IMG/VR virus record: IMGVR_UViG_3300008262_000013
DNA: 64,000 nt
Reading direction: 5' to 3' (one strand)
Source: a virus
Taxonomy: Duplodnaviria > Caudoviricetes
Made by a program: the position numbers and the translations under genes. This document shows, piece by piece, positions 30,654-40,483 of the stretch; within the stretch, counting starts at the first letter, position 1; the number at the start of each line of letters is the position of its first letter. Under the pieces are notes generated by a model. That model had not been told where the DNA came from and ran no database searches. It saw nothing but the letters and a program-made list of their open reading frames with translations.

Positions 30654-31388
30654 ATGATTGGAATTATTGGTTATGGAATGGTTGGACAAGCCGTTGAATA
30701 CGGCTTTTCCAAAACCCAAGTTTTCGTTTGTGATCCGAAATATAATCACGTAACGGTCAAAGGCCTCTGTTTATTAAATCCAGAGGCAATATTCGTTTGT
30801 GTCCCCACACCAACAGACGATACTAATTATTCATTGGTTACTTCAGTATTGAATGAAATTTTCGAGATGAACTATCAGGGAATAGTTATAGTAAAGTCCA
30901 CAATTTTGCCGCAATATCTTGAAAAATATGATATTGTGTATAACCCAGAATTTCTATCAAGATCAACCTCGAAAGAAGATTTTGTAAATCCACACTTATT
31001 AATACTTTCTGGTAAAAAATCTCAACAGGCTTTGGAACTTTATAAAAAACATTCTACCGTAGATACTGAAAATATTTTTGTAACAGATATTAATACAGCA
31101 TCATTTATAAAATACACCATGAATTCCTTTTATGCAACTAAGGTAACTTTTATGAACTCTATGTATGAGGTTGCTAAAAAAATGGGTGTCGATTATAATG
31201 AAGCTATAACTGTTCTCTCTAAACATCCATGGATGGGATCCAATCATTTCAAAGTACCTGGTCCTGATGGTAAAAAAGGATTTGGTGGGCCTTGTTTACC
31301 AAAAGACACAGAGTGTTTAGTTAAAAATTATGATGTTGAAATACTTAAAAAAGTTTTGGAATTAAATCAAAAGTTTAGAAATGAATAA
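30654..31388 (+). CDS. UDP-glucose/GDP-mannose dehydrogenase family protein (short form lacking the C-terminal domain)
   Basis: GIIGYGMVG, FVCVPTP, VKST, YNPEFL, KYTMNSFYATKVTFMN, catalytic GFGGPCLPKD. Confidence 0.9.
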   Translation: MIGIIGYGMVGQAVEYGFSKTQVFVCDPKYNHVTVKGLCLLNPEAIFVCVPTPTDDTNYSLVTSVLNEIFEMNYQGIVIVKSTILPQYLEKYDIVYNPEFLSRSTSKEDFVNPHLLILSGKKSQQALELYKKHSTVDTENIFVTDINTASFIKYTMNSFYATKVTFMNSMYEVAKKMGVDYNEAITVLSKHPWMGSNHFKVPGPDGKKGFGGPCLPKDTECLVKNYDVEILKKVLELNQKFRNE

Positions 31389-31393
31389 GTTTG

Positions 31394-31422
31394 TTGAACA
31401 GTTTTGTCAAACACTATATATT
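31394..31422 (+). promoter_or_regulatory. Possible sigma70-type promoter upstream of the first radical SAM gene
   Basis: TTGAAC-N17-TATATT in the largest intergenic gap of the cluster, followed by an AAGGAG RBS. Confidence 0.4.
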
Positions 31423-31456
31423 AGTACGTCTTTGGTTTAAATAAAAAGGAGAAAAA

Positions 31457-32563
31457 ATGGTAGTAGATATAAACGTAACAAGTATCTGCAATTTAGCTTG
31501 CACATATTGTTCCGAAGGTTTTGAATGTGGACTATCTACCGAGTTTGAAGAAAATACTTCTTTGACATTAGATAATGTTGAAGAATTTATGGCTAAAATT
31601 TCTGATCCCAAAAAAGATGTTTATTTCTGGGGTGGTGAACCATTTGTTAATTGGGATTTTTGTAAAGGTGTCATAGAAAAATTTAAACATGATCCTGGTT
31701 TTTCTTTTTTCTTTTATACAAATGGAACGTATTTAAAGAGATATTTAAAAGATTTGGTTAGAATTCACAATGAGATTCCCGGTAGATTAAAGTTGCAGGT
31801 TTCATATGATGGAAAGCCTGTAAACGACATCGCCAGAGTGACTAAATCTGGTACTCCATCGTCAGCAATGGTCAAAGCAAACTATATTGCAGCTAAAGAA
31901 GCTGGATTGAATGTTTCACTGAAATCTGTACTAACGTCTGAAAATTTCCACTTAATCTATGAAGCCTTTTTGGATGTCATAGAAATGGATAAAAATTATT
32001 TTCCAACACCAGATTTATACAGCCAATTGACAGAAGAAGAATTTATGCCTAAATTGGAAGTATTAAAGGATGGATTGAAGAAAATTGCTAAACATATTTA
32101 CGAAAATAAATTACCTCCTGAGAAGTTTGGATGGTTCCAACAATCTAGAGCTCTATGTGCAGCAGGTATAAATTACGTAAGTGTTGATTTAAACGGCGAT
32201 TTGAGTCCTTGCCATGGATGCATGTACAAAGAATCGCATTCACATAAATTAGGAAATATTTTTAAAGTTGCAGATTTGGATCAGTTGATTGAAGAAAAAT
32301 CTCAAATGTATAAGGATGCGTTGAAGAATCAACCTTTAGATTGTATGAACTGTGACAGTCAATTCTGTATGAAATGTAATGCGGCAACTTATGAAAAATC
32401 AGAAAAAGAAACATATCTAGAAAAATGGAGTGATCATACAGCAAATTGGCAAGTCTGTAAAGTATTTAAGACAAACGAGATAGTACATCACGCATTAAGA
32501 ACTGCACTAAAGAGTTATAAAAAGCCTGTAATTAAAATTCAGGCTGAACAGTGTACAGTATAA
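31457..32563 (+). CDS. Radical SAM/SPASM peptide-maturase-like enzyme
   Basis: CNLACTYC (CX3CX2C), FWGGEP; SPASM CAAG...DLSPCHGC...CMNC...CMKCNA...VC. Confidence 0.92.
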   Translation: MVVDINVTSICNLACTYCSEGFECGLSTEFEENTSLTLDNVEEFMAKISDPKKDVYFWGGEPFVNWDFCKGVIEKFKHDPGFSFFFYTNGTYLKRYLKDLVRIHNEIPGRLKLQVSYDGKPVNDIARVTKSGTPSSAMVKANYIAAKEAGLNVSLKSVLTSENFHLIYEAFLDVIEMDKNYFPTPDLYSQLTEEEFMPKLEVLKDGLKKIAKHIYENKLPPEKFGWFQQSRALCAAGINYVSVDLNGDLSPCHGCMYKESHSHKLGNIFKVADLDQLIEEKSQMYKDALKNQPLDCMNCDSQFCMKCNAATYEKSEKETYLEKWSDHTANWQVCKVFKTNEIVHHALRTALKSYKKPVIKIQAEQCTV

Positions 32564-32572
32564 GGATAATAA

Positions 32573-33697
32573 ATGTTTACATTAGAAGTAAGTGTTACTG
32601 AAAAGTGTAATCTAGGTTGTCCGTATTGTTATGTGGCAAACAGACCAACTTGGATGACGAAAGAAGTTTTTGATCAGGGTATGAAAGACCTGCCAAAATT
32701 AATGCAAAGGTCCGGTGATAAAGATTATCATGTAAGTTTTTTTGGTGGTGAACCTTTATTAAATTGGGACCTAATAACTCACGCTGTTCCTTATTTAAGA
32801 TCGGATGATAAATGTAAAGGTATTAATATCATCACAAATTTAACGATGATTGATCAAGATAAAGCTAATTATTTGAGAAATAATGGTGTTGGCGTTTCTT
32901 GGTCTTTTGATGGTATGAGTTCTAATGAGAGTAGACCTTTACTTCCACTTTTGGAAAATACTAATCCAGAAACAGGCGAATTGTTTGATGGTATACTTTC
33001 GATGTATGAATATAAGAAAGATATCATAAAGAATTTGACAAACGGATGTAAGGTCATGATATGGCCAGGAAATACAAAAGACATGAAAGAGAATTTTGAA
33101 TTTCTCTTAGATTGGGGTATAGATCATCCCGATTTTAGTATTGTTCGTGATGATGTTTGGACAGAAGATGATATAATACAGTTTAGATATGAATGTGAAA
33201 GACTTGCAGATTTTTGGATAGAAAAGATAAAATCTGGTAAACCATGTTCAGTAGGATTTTTAAAACTAGCTATTTTAGATATTCTCTATGGTTTAGTGAA
33301 AGGTAAAAGACCTTTTGGTTGTTTTGCTGGAACTAATGGTGGAGTATTGATGAGTTCTGGGGAATTCTACCCTTGCGCTAGGTTTGCATCCAAAAAAATT
33401 ATGAAAATGGATGAACAGTATAATTTTAGGTACTATCAAGACATTTTTAATCCAAAAAATTATGATAAATGTGAACCGTGTGATTTGAAACAGGTGTGTA
33501 ATGCCGGTTGTACATATTCTCAAATTATGAATGATAATAAACCATTAGATAGTATTTGTGAATTGTTCCACATATATTATGAACAAGCAATGCGAGTGGT
33601 AGATGAGTGTAAAGACGAAAGAGTTTTCCAAGATTTGGTTTTAAATTATATCGAAAATGTTGGTGTTGAAAATGAAGGTGTGGAGTGTAGGAACTAA
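32573..33697 (+). CDS. Radical SAM/SPASM peptide-maturase-like enzyme
   Basis: CNLGCPYC, FFGGEPLL; SPASM CFAG...GEFYPCARF...CEPC...VCNAGC...ICELF. Confidence 0.93.
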   Translation: MFTLEVSVTEKCNLGCPYCYVANRPTWMTKEVFDQGMKDLPKLMQRSGDKDYHVSFFGGEPLLNWDLITHAVPYLRSDDKCKGINIITNLTMIDQDKANYLRNNGVGVSWSFDGMSSNESRPLLPLLENTNPETGELFDGILSMYEYKKDIIKNLTNGCKVMIWPGNTKDMKENFEFLLDWGIDHPDFSIVRDDVWTEDDIIQFRYECERLADFWIEKIKSGKPCSVGFLKLAILDILYGLVKGKRPFGCFAGTNGGVLMSSGEFYPCARFASKKIMKMDEQYNFRYYQDIFNPKNYDKCEPCDLKQVCNAGCTYSQIMNDNKPLDSICELFHIYYEQAMRVVDECKDERVFQDLVLNYIENVGVENEGVECRN

Positions 33698-33698
33698 C

Positions 33699-34547
33699 AT
33701 GAAAATTGTTTCTTGCACCAGTCAAGATAAAATTCTTAGAATTAACTGGCATATATTAAATTGGTGTAATTTAAAATGTTCCTACTGTAATGTAAAGGAA
33801 CATTTGAGTTATGATTATAATGATAATACTCAAATTTCAAATAATTATAAATTGATTATAAGTAGATTAAAAACTATTTCTAAACCTTTTGAGATTTGTT
33901 TGACTGGTGGGGAACCAACATTACATCCCAATATCGAAGATATATTAAGTGGATTAAATGAAATTGAAAATTTAACTAAAATTTATTTTTTTACTAACTT
34001 AACTAGATCAGAAAATTTTTATAAAAATATAAAAAGTTTTTCGAAAGTTACATATTACGCATCCTTTCACCCCGAATATCACAAAGAAGATTTTTTAGAT
34101 AAGTGTAAAAATCTAAACTGTGAGGTTCATATAAGTATGATGCCTGAATATAAAAATTACATTTTAAAAATTATTGATAAGTGTAAGTTGGAGGATATAA
34201 AATTTACATTAAATTTTTTAAGAGACACAAAATATTATTCAAGTAATTTAGAAGAAGATTTTTTCGTAGAAGCTTCTACTGCTGAATCTATGATTGATAT
34301 GGATGTTTTATATGATAATGGCTTTCGAGAAAATACTACAAATTTAAGATTATTATACGATAAAAAAAATAATTTCAAAGGCTATAAATGTTTACCGGAA
34401 TCTTTTCAAATAGAATTAAATAATGTAGTTAAAAATGTTTGCACTAACGAAATTATGCCATTATCTTTAAAAGATATTACGAAAAAGGTTATTTGTCCAA
34501 AAGAAGTTTGTGAAGGTGGACTTATGATGTATCCTAAGGAAATTTAA
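33699..34547 (+). CDS. Radical SAM enzyme with short Cys-containing (twitch-like) C-terminus; start re-assigned to ATG 33699
   Basis: CNLKCSYC, LTGGEPTLHP, ASFHPE; C-terminal YKC...NVC...ICPKEVC. Confidence 0.88.
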   Translation: MKIVSCTSQDKILRINWHILNWCNLKCSYCNVKEHLSYDYNDNTQISNNYKLIISRLKTISKPFEICLTGGEPTLHPNIEDILSGLNEIENLTKIYFFTNLTRSENFYKNIKSFSKVTYYASFHPEYHKEDFLDKCKNLNCEVHISMMPEYKNYILKIIDKCKLEDIKFTLNFLRDTKYYSSNLEEDFFVEASTAESMIDMDVLYDNGFRENTTNLRLLYDKKNNFKGYKCLPESFQIELNNVVKNVCTNEIMPLSLKDITKKVICPKEVCEGGLMMYPKEI

Positions 34548-34876
34548 TGAAGAAAAATTTTAAAAGTATTGTATCTATACCTATTAAAGTTGAGATGCAA
34601 CCAGTTGAACATCAAAGCAATAAAGTTTTGACTGTTGATGATTTGTCGAAACAAATAGAAGAAGCTAAAAAGGGAAAAGCCAAAGTCGATAGTAAGTATG
34701 TAGGATTTGAACTGACTGAGAGAGGACATTTATTCGAATATAAATTTGATTATGTTAAATTTTTGGACAATATGTCATTCATAATCAAAACGGCAAAACA
34801 GCGTAAAGAAATGAATCCTAATAATGTCTATACAATGGATAAAACTAAAAGTGCTAGACGAAAAAAAGAAATATGA
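34547..34876 (+). CDS. Hypothetical protein (basic) within the radical SAM operon
   Basis: 109-aa ORF coupled by overlaps on both sides. Confidence 0.6.
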   Translation: MKKNFKSIVSIPIKVEMQPVEHQSNKVLTVDDLSKQIEEAKKGKAKVDSKYVGFELTERGHLFEYKFDYVKFLDNMSFIIKTAKQRKEMNPNNVYTMDKTKSARRKKEI

Positions 34877-35766
34877 ACGCCGAAACTTTCAAAAAAAAGT
34901 ATCCTCAAATAAATTTTTATGTAGGACATGAAACGGATAAAACTGTAACTAAAGATTCGGGAGTAAATGTATTATATTTCACAAATAAATGTAATTTAGC
35001 TTGTACATATTGTTATGAAGATTTGCCTGGTCGCCCTCCACAAATTTTGTCTAAAGAAGATATTAAAAAAAGTATCGATAGAGTTATAGAAAGAGAAGAT
35101 CCCAATAGTCAAACATTATTTGTTCTTTTTGGTGGAGAAGCTACTATGGAATGGGATAATGTTTGTTATGCCATGAATTATGCCTATACAAAAAAGAAAA
35201 ATGTTCATTTTAATTTAAACACAAATGGCATAAGATACCTAAAACAAAGTTTTATAGAGGAAACAAAAAACAATTTTTTTTATAAAAAAAACTTGTTAAG
35301 TATAGACGTTAGTTTTGACGGTATAGGAAATTCGGATAGAGTCACACACGGCGGCAAGGATTCAACTAATTTAATGATCCAAGTTTTCAGAAATTTGAGA
35401 AAAAACGCAATGAAATTTAGGATAAGATACACCATACATCACAAAAACGTTCATAATTGCTATGAAGATATGTCCAATATTATTAGATATTTTAAACCAA
35501 CCCGTCTTATAACATCCGTTGCGTGGGAAACTCTCAATAAAATTCAAATTGACTTGCTCCAAAACATGAAAGAAAGTCTCAGGAAAGATTGGATAAATAG
35601 GATAATTGATGTTCCAGTTTGTGAGTTATTTTGTGACATGTGTGATGGATGTGGTGAGAGAAAGGAAGTAAAAACTTATTTTACTGACGAGGGTAATGTA
35701 ACCACATATGGTAATTATGAGAACTCCCCGAAATTTCATGATTTTAAAGAAAAGGTAATAATATGA
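34873..35766 (+). CDS. Radical SAM enzyme with C-terminal Cys cluster
   Basis: CNLACTYC, LFGGEATM, TNG, VSFDG; C-terminal CELFCDMCDGC. Confidence 0.9.
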   Translation: MNAETFKKKYPQINFYVGHETDKTVTKDSGVNVLYFTNKCNLACTYCYEDLPGRPPQILSKEDIKKSIDRVIEREDPNSQTLFVLFGGEATMEWDNVCYAMNYAYTKKKNVHFNLNTNGIRYLKQSFIEETKNNFFYKKNLLSIDVSFDGIGNSDRVTHGGKDSTNLMIQVFRNLRKNAMKFRIRYTIHHKNVHNCYEDMSNIIRYFKPTRLITSVAWETLNKIQIDLLQNMKESLRKDWINRIIDVPVCELFCDMCDGCGERKEVKTYFTDEGNVTTYGNYENSPKFHDFKEKVII

Positions 35767-36155
35767 GCACTGATAGAGAAATTGTAATTGAAAAGTTAAC
35801 GAGTATTTCACAAAATATTAAAGAGATATCGGAATATGATGAAGGCCTCGCCAACTTAATTTGGATAGGTTTTGACACAGCTATGAGTTTAGCACAATCT
35901 ATTTCTGAAAATAATGAGAAAAAGGAACAAATTGATATTTCTGTTTACATTCAACAAATTTGTGATGCTTTGGGTGTTGATATTGAACAAATGGTTTTAT
36001 CAATTATTCAAAATAACAATACTCAAGAATCTAGTAATAAAGAGCCGGACTTGGAAACTTTAGACTTTATAACATCCGATCTTGATGACTATGAAAAGTT
36101 TTTAGCAAAAAGTTCAGCAAAAAATAATTTAGATTTTTTATCAAAGGAAATATAA
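35763..36155 (+). CDS. Hypothetical acidic helical protein directly upstream of the Cys-repeat gene
   Basis: 130-aa ORF with ATGA overlap; no motif recognised. Confidence 0.6.
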   Translation: MSTDREIVIEKLTSISQNIKEISEYDEGLANLIWIGFDTAMSLAQSISENNEKKEQIDISVYIQQICDALGVDIEQMVLSIIQNNNTQESSNKEPDLETLDFITSDLDDYEKFLAKSSAKNNLDFLSKEI

Positions 36156-36156
36156 G

Positions 36157-36765
36157 ATGGCTTTAGGTAAAATGTTTGACACTACTCTTGGAGTAGGTAC
36201 TAACACAACTCCTGCTGGTGAACATAAAAGGCTATCAATAACTATACAAGGAACTGTTGGTAGTAATGCAGTGAATTATGATCTTGCGAATGTTGTAGCT
36301 GGAGAGGATTTAATAACTAGATCGTTTTTTCAATCGCTGCTTGATAAAGCAAAAGAAGAAAATACGAGAAGGGGAGGCAGCGCCACTAAAGGTTCGTTAT
36401 CAACAACAAACATTAGAGCTGCCGACTTTAATAATATCCGAGCACTTTTTGCTGTTGCCGATTCTAGGACAAATCAAGTTTATAATGATTGGTCTGGTGC
36501 AAATGCTAATTTGCCTAATGGTCCGACAGTAAATAGTCCCACAATAACAACCTTTCCTACTACTGCTGCACCAACTGGTGTTCCAGCAGCAGTTACCACA
36601 GATCCAGCAACTCAAATTAGAGCTACAATTCTGAATTCTCTCATTAATGCTTTGAATTCTGCTGGGCAAGTTTGCACCTGTAATTGTAATTATTGTACTT
36701 GTAATTGCAATTATTGTACATGTAACTGTAATTACGCATGTACCTGCAACTGTAATTACTCCTAA
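36157..36765 (+). CDS. Protein with a C-terminal Cys-rich repeat (CTCNCNY)x4; candidate radical SAM substrate
   Basis: No Cys in the first 172 aa, then 12 Cys in the last 30 aa; AAGGA RBS; embedded among radical SAM genes. Confidence 0.8.
   Translation: MALGKMFDTTLGVGTNTTPAGEHKRLSITIQGTVGSNAVNYDLANVVAGEDLITRSFFQSLLDKAKEENTRRGGSATKGSLSTTNIRAADFNNIRALFAVADSRTNQVYNDWSGANANLPNGPTVNSPTITTFPTTAAPTGVPAAVTTDPATQIRATILNSLINALNSAGQVCTCNCNYCTCNCNYCTCNCNYACTCNCNYS
36673..36762 (+). repeat. Four 21-nt coding repeats for CTCNCNY (one Ala inserted before the fourth)
   Basis: Amino-acid identity with varied synonymous codons (tgc/tgt, acc/act/aca, aat/aac, tat/tac). Confidence 0.92.
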
Positions 36766-36776
36766 TTAAAAATATT

Positions 36777-37238
36777 ATGTTTTTTCAACTAAATCATTTA
36801 GAAGAAACCAATATGTCTTACATAAGACATTTTAATCATGGAATAAGATTGGGATCTTGGTTATTTTTGTGTTCCATCATTTTTTTAATTTATTGTCTTT
36901 TCTCTTTAAAATTTTTAGAAAACTTTGTGATAGCACGAATAAACACAATGTATCATGGATTAATGTTGCGATGGTTTGAAGATGAAACATTTAATCGTGG
37001 AAAACCAGAAAAAGATGTTTTAGAAGAAAAGAAATATAAAAAGCAGTATGTAAAATTGATCGAAGATGGAATGATAAATCCTTTCAATAAAGTTAAAATA
37101 TTTAATGGACTGTTAATTGCATCCATTACTAGTATAACACATTCTTTTATACCACAAATATTTGTGCATCATGCTGCCACCAATGTAATAAGATTATATT
37201 TTAATTATAAAATAATGGAGAAATTAAATGAAAAATGA
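36777..37238 (+). CDS. Hypothetical protein with hydrophobic helices (DUF6356-like)
   Basis: SYIRHFNHGIRLGSWLFLCSIIFLIY and SITHSFIPQIF...AATNVIRLY resemble the DUF6356 pattern; assignment tentative. Confidence 0.45.
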   Translation: MFFQLNHLEETNMSYIRHFNHGIRLGSWLFLCSIIFLIYCLFSLKFLENFVIARINTMYHGLMLRWFEDETFNRGKPEKDVLEEKKYKKQYVKLIEDGMINPFNKVKIFNGLLIASITSITHSFIPQIFVHHAATNVIRLYFNYKIMEKLNEK

Positions 37239-37632
37239 TAGAGTTGAAATTGAAGGTATTGATGCGAATACTTATGCTGGAAAAGCAATTAATGCATGTA
37301 AGTTAAAAGCAAGAGGAATTTTTGGAGATGAACTTTTAACTTTTAAACTTTTGGATTTTGTAAGTTTTTTAATGTTAAATAATGAATTTACGTCAAAAGG
37401 TTATTTTATTAGTGAACATAATAGGGAAGAAATTTATATAAAAATTATAGAAACTGGTGATATACAATTAATAAATGATTTGGAAAAATATATTAATCTT
37501 AGAGATTCTATAAAAGAATTACAAAGAAAAAAAGATGAATTTTACGATATTATTGAAAAATTAAATAATTTATCAAACTTGAATGATGAAACGAGTGTTA
37601 ATGAAATTGTAGAGTCTTATCTAAGGAGATAA
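37228..37632 (+). CDS. Hypothetical helical protein
   Basis: 134-aa ORF overlapping the upstream gene; no motif recognised. Confidence 0.6.
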   Translation: MKNDRVEIEGIDANTYAGKAINACKLKARGIFGDELLTFKLLDFVSFLMLNNEFTSKGYFISEHNREEIYIKIIETGDIQLINDLEKYINLRDSIKELQRKKDEFYDIIEKLNNLSNLNDETSVNEIVESYLRR

Positions 37633-37634
37633 AT

Positions 37635-38627
37635 TTGATAACCTTAATAAATGGACCTAAAAGTATACATTTAAGATATATTGCTAGAAGTATTTTAGAT
37701 TCTGAAAAGATATGGAATTTTGAAGATTATACTGTAAAATATAAAAATGATGGATTCATAATTTTCGATTCAGAAGGAACAAATATATATTGCAATAACT
37801 CGGAATTGGGTAATATAAACAATGATCTTTTAATAATGACCGAAGGTCAGAAAACTTATCTATTGGAAGAAATAGATAAGTTTAGTCACGACATTAATGA
37901 AAAAATTGTAGAACATCATTTCATAGATTCTTGGCCTACAACAAGTATAGATAATTTATTCAGTGAAGAATGTTTTTTGGAAAATTATGAATCTTTAGAA
38001 TATGAAATGGAGTATCAAAAACTTTTAGATGACTTGAAGGATGATAGTATAACTAACATATGGACTGGAAGATTTTCTGCTTCTTGTATAAAAACCCTAA
38101 GGGAAAAGTTAGGAACAGAAAATGTAAGAGTTATAAACTTTTTCAGGAATCCTAGTGCTTGCATTTTTGGCAATCAATTAGATCCTGATTGTCAGTTAAA
38201 AAATGGATTAATTTCTATTTTAAATATGGTAATGGTTAAAAATTTACCAAATACCTTTAATATTAGATATGAAGATTTTTTAACCAATAAAAATTTTCAT
38301 CTAAATGAAAATCAGATAGATTTTCCGGAAAAAATTGTAAATTATAATGGTATTATTAGTCTTTATGAAAAAGAAAACTATAGATTAGAATTAATAAATG
38401 AAAATTTGATGGATCAGTTAAATCAAAACTTTTTGGATTTTGACTTGATAAAAAATTTAAAAATTGGAATGAGACCAAATAATTATAAAGATTATGAAGG
38501 TTTTGAAAAATATATGACGTTATTAGAAAATAATTTAAATTTAGAAATTGCGAATAATATTCCAAAAAACTTTTTTGAATTTTTAGGTTATACTCCATTA
38601 ACAGTGGAACAAATTATCACCGGTTAA
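37635..38627 (+). CDS. Hypothetical P-loop/sulfotransferase-like protein (TTG start)
   Basis: N-terminal LINGPKS, VINFFRNP, IRYEDF and terminal FLGY resemble sulfotransferase-fold motifs. Confidence 0.45.
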   Translation: MITLINGPKSIHLRYIARSILDSEKIWNFEDYTVKYKNDGFIIFDSEGTNIYCNNSELGNINNDLLIMTEGQKTYLLEEIDKFSHDINEKIVEHHFIDSWPTTSIDNLFSEECFLENYESLEYEMEYQKLLDDLKDDSITNIWTGRFSASCIKTLREKLGTENVRVINFFRNPSACIFGNQLDPDCQLKNGLISILNMVMVKNLPNTFNIRYEDFLTNKNFHLNENQIDFPEKIVNYNGIISLYEKENYRLELINENLMDQLNQNFLDFDLIKNLKIGMRPNNYKDYEGFEKYMTLLENNLNLEIANNIPKNFFEFLGYTPLTVEQIITG

Positions 38628-38631
38628 TTCT

Positions 38632-39510
38632 GTGTCTTTAGTAAATCTGAGAAACTATGATTTAGTTATAACTACTTCATTTGGTTTCAAATTTGGAATT
38701 TGTGGTCATTTATTTGAAATGATTGAATATTATTGGGCTATAAAAAATTGGACAAATCTAAATCCTTGTATACTATTGTCCGATGGTACTACAATAGACG
38801 AATTTAATATAGCTTTAAACACGAAATATGATAATCTAGTTGTTGAAAATTTAATATACCATCCTTTTCCAAAACTATTATTGTCAAAAAATTTATTGAT
38901 AGTTGACGGATCTTCAAGACTTGATAATTCGGAAATATATACAGATAATTTTTTTCTATTCAGATGTCATGAAAAAAATTATGACTTTTATATAAACAAT
39001 AAAGCGCAATGTCACTTATTTCAAGATTTTGAAATATATGATGATATTCCTAAAAAAATAAATGTTTTTGATTATAAGAAAAAATTATTATATTCAAAAT
39101 TTAAAAAAATAAATGATGATGTAGAAAATTCTGTAATGTTTTATTTGACAGATGTTAGTAGATTTATGTCTGAAGAAACAATAACTGAAATTTCCAATAA
39201 ATATTCTTTCAACAACACAGTAGTATTTACAAATAAACCAGAACTTTATACAAAAATAAAAACATATAAAGTTCCAGTCCCAGACATGTGGAATAAATTT
39301 TCTACATATGTTTATACTAAATTACCTGGCAAAAAAGATTGTTCCAATAGATTTATTTTAGAGTGTATGCACTATGATAAAGAAGTTGTTTATGATATAG
39401 ATTATTATGATAAAGCTTTAGAAATTAGAAAAAAGGATGGAATAAAAAATACATCTTTAGAACAAGGTGATTTTTTTATCAATTATATCAATGAACAAAT
39501 TAAGTGTTAA
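38632..39510 (+). CDS. Hypothetical protein, possibly glycosyltransferase-like (GTG start)
   Basis: GICGHLFEMIEYY, YVYTK...DCSNRFILECMHYDKEV weakly resemble a GT-B C-terminus. Confidence 0.4.
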   Translation: MSLVNLRNYDLVITTSFGFKFGICGHLFEMIEYYWAIKNWTNLNPCILLSDGTTIDEFNIALNTKYDNLVVENLIYHPFPKLLLSKNLLIVDGSSRLDNSEIYTDNFFLFRCHEKNYDFYINNKAQCHLFQDFEIYDDIPKKINVFDYKKKLLYSKFKKINDDVENSVMFYLTDVSRFMSEETITEISNKYSFNNTVVFTNKPELYTKIKTYKVPVPDMWNKFSTYVYTKLPGKKDCSNRFILECMHYDKEVVYDIDYYDKALEIRKKDGIKNTSLEQGDFFINYINEQIKC

Positions 39511-40483
39511 AAAAATACTGATAGATTATGATAGACCTATTAACAATAGAGCTAAATTAGATACTGGTAAACTCTGTAATTATAAATGTGAATTTTGTTA
39601 CTATAAAAATAGTTTGTCTGAGAGAGATGAACTTGATAAAATCTACAAAAGAATAGATTATTTACTTGACTATGGCATAAAAGAAATCGATCTTAGTGGT
39701 GGTGAAAGTAGTGTAGAACCGAATTGGTTTAATATATTAAATTATTGCCAAAATAAATTTGATAGAATTAGTTGCCTTAGTCACGGAGGTAAATTTAGTG
39801 ATAAAGAATTTATTCAAAAAAGTTTCGACTTAGGTTTAAGAGAGATACTCTTTAGTCTACATTGTACGGATGAAAGTGTTCATGATAAAATTGTAGGCAA
39901 AAAAGGAGCTTTTAAAAATTTAATTAAAGCTATTGAGAACTCCCACCGTTTAAATATTGAAGTTAGATTGAACACAACTGTATATCATGAAAACTACAAT
40001 AAAATAGACACTTCTTTTATAAAATCTTTAAACCCCACCCAAGTTAATTTTATTGCTCTCAATTATTGGAGAGACAATAAAGATTTTTATCCTATTGATT
40101 ACGGAACAATTTGTTCCTATGTTTCAAATTATATTGATGACCTTAAGGACTCAACCGAAGTTAATGCTAGATATTTTCCTTATTGTTTTATGCCATCAAA
40201 AGAAAAATATATAAAAAACCATTATCATCATATATATGACTTTAAAGATTGGAATAAAGCGGTTTATAGTGGAACATTAGACACTAAAAAAAATTATACG
40301 CACAATGAAAAAGTAGAACATTCTTTCTCTGAAGCGGAACGAATGAGAATTTATAGTTACTTTAAAACCGAAGAATGTACAAAGTGTAAATATTTTTATA
40401 TATGTGATGGTATAGAAAATGAACTTAAAGATAAAGTTAGTCCAAATCCTGTTTTTGGAGAAAAGATAAGATTAATATGGTAA
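39491..40483 (+). CDS. Radical SAM enzyme with C-terminal CxxC-x5-C
   Basis: CNYKCEFC, LSGGE, FSLH...HDKIVG..GAF, YFPYCFM, CTKCKYFYICDG. Confidence 0.9.
   Translation: MNKLSVKKILIDYDRPINNRAKLDTGKLCNYKCEFCYYKNSLSERDELDKIYKRIDYLLDYGIKEIDLSGGESSVEPNWFNILNYCQNKFDRISCLSHGGKFSDKEFIQKSFDLGLREILFSLHCTDESVHDKIVGKKGAFKNLIKAIENSHRLNIEVRLNTTVYHENYNKIDTSFIKSLNPTQVNFIALNYWRDNKDFYPIDYGTICSYVSNYIDDLKDSTEVNARYFPYCFMPSKEKYIKNHYHHIYDFKDWNKAVYSGTLDTKKNYTHNEKVEHSFSEAERMRIYSYFKTEECTKCKYFYICDGIENELKDKVSPNPVFGEKIRLIW

Noticed and set aside
31381-31440. 19-codon ORF (MNKFVEQFCQTLYISTSLV) overlapping the UDP-Glc dehydrogenase stop; considered as a small RiPP precursor
   Set aside because: Too short to support, has only one Cys, and coincides with the putative promoter; the 36157 protein is a far better substrate candidate.
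36157-36765. Assigning the Cys-repeat protein to a named RiPP class (SCIFF, sactipeptide, triceptide)
   Set aside because: The repeat spacing (C-x-C-x-C-x-x) and the 172-aa leader match none that I can recognise, so it is left unclassified.
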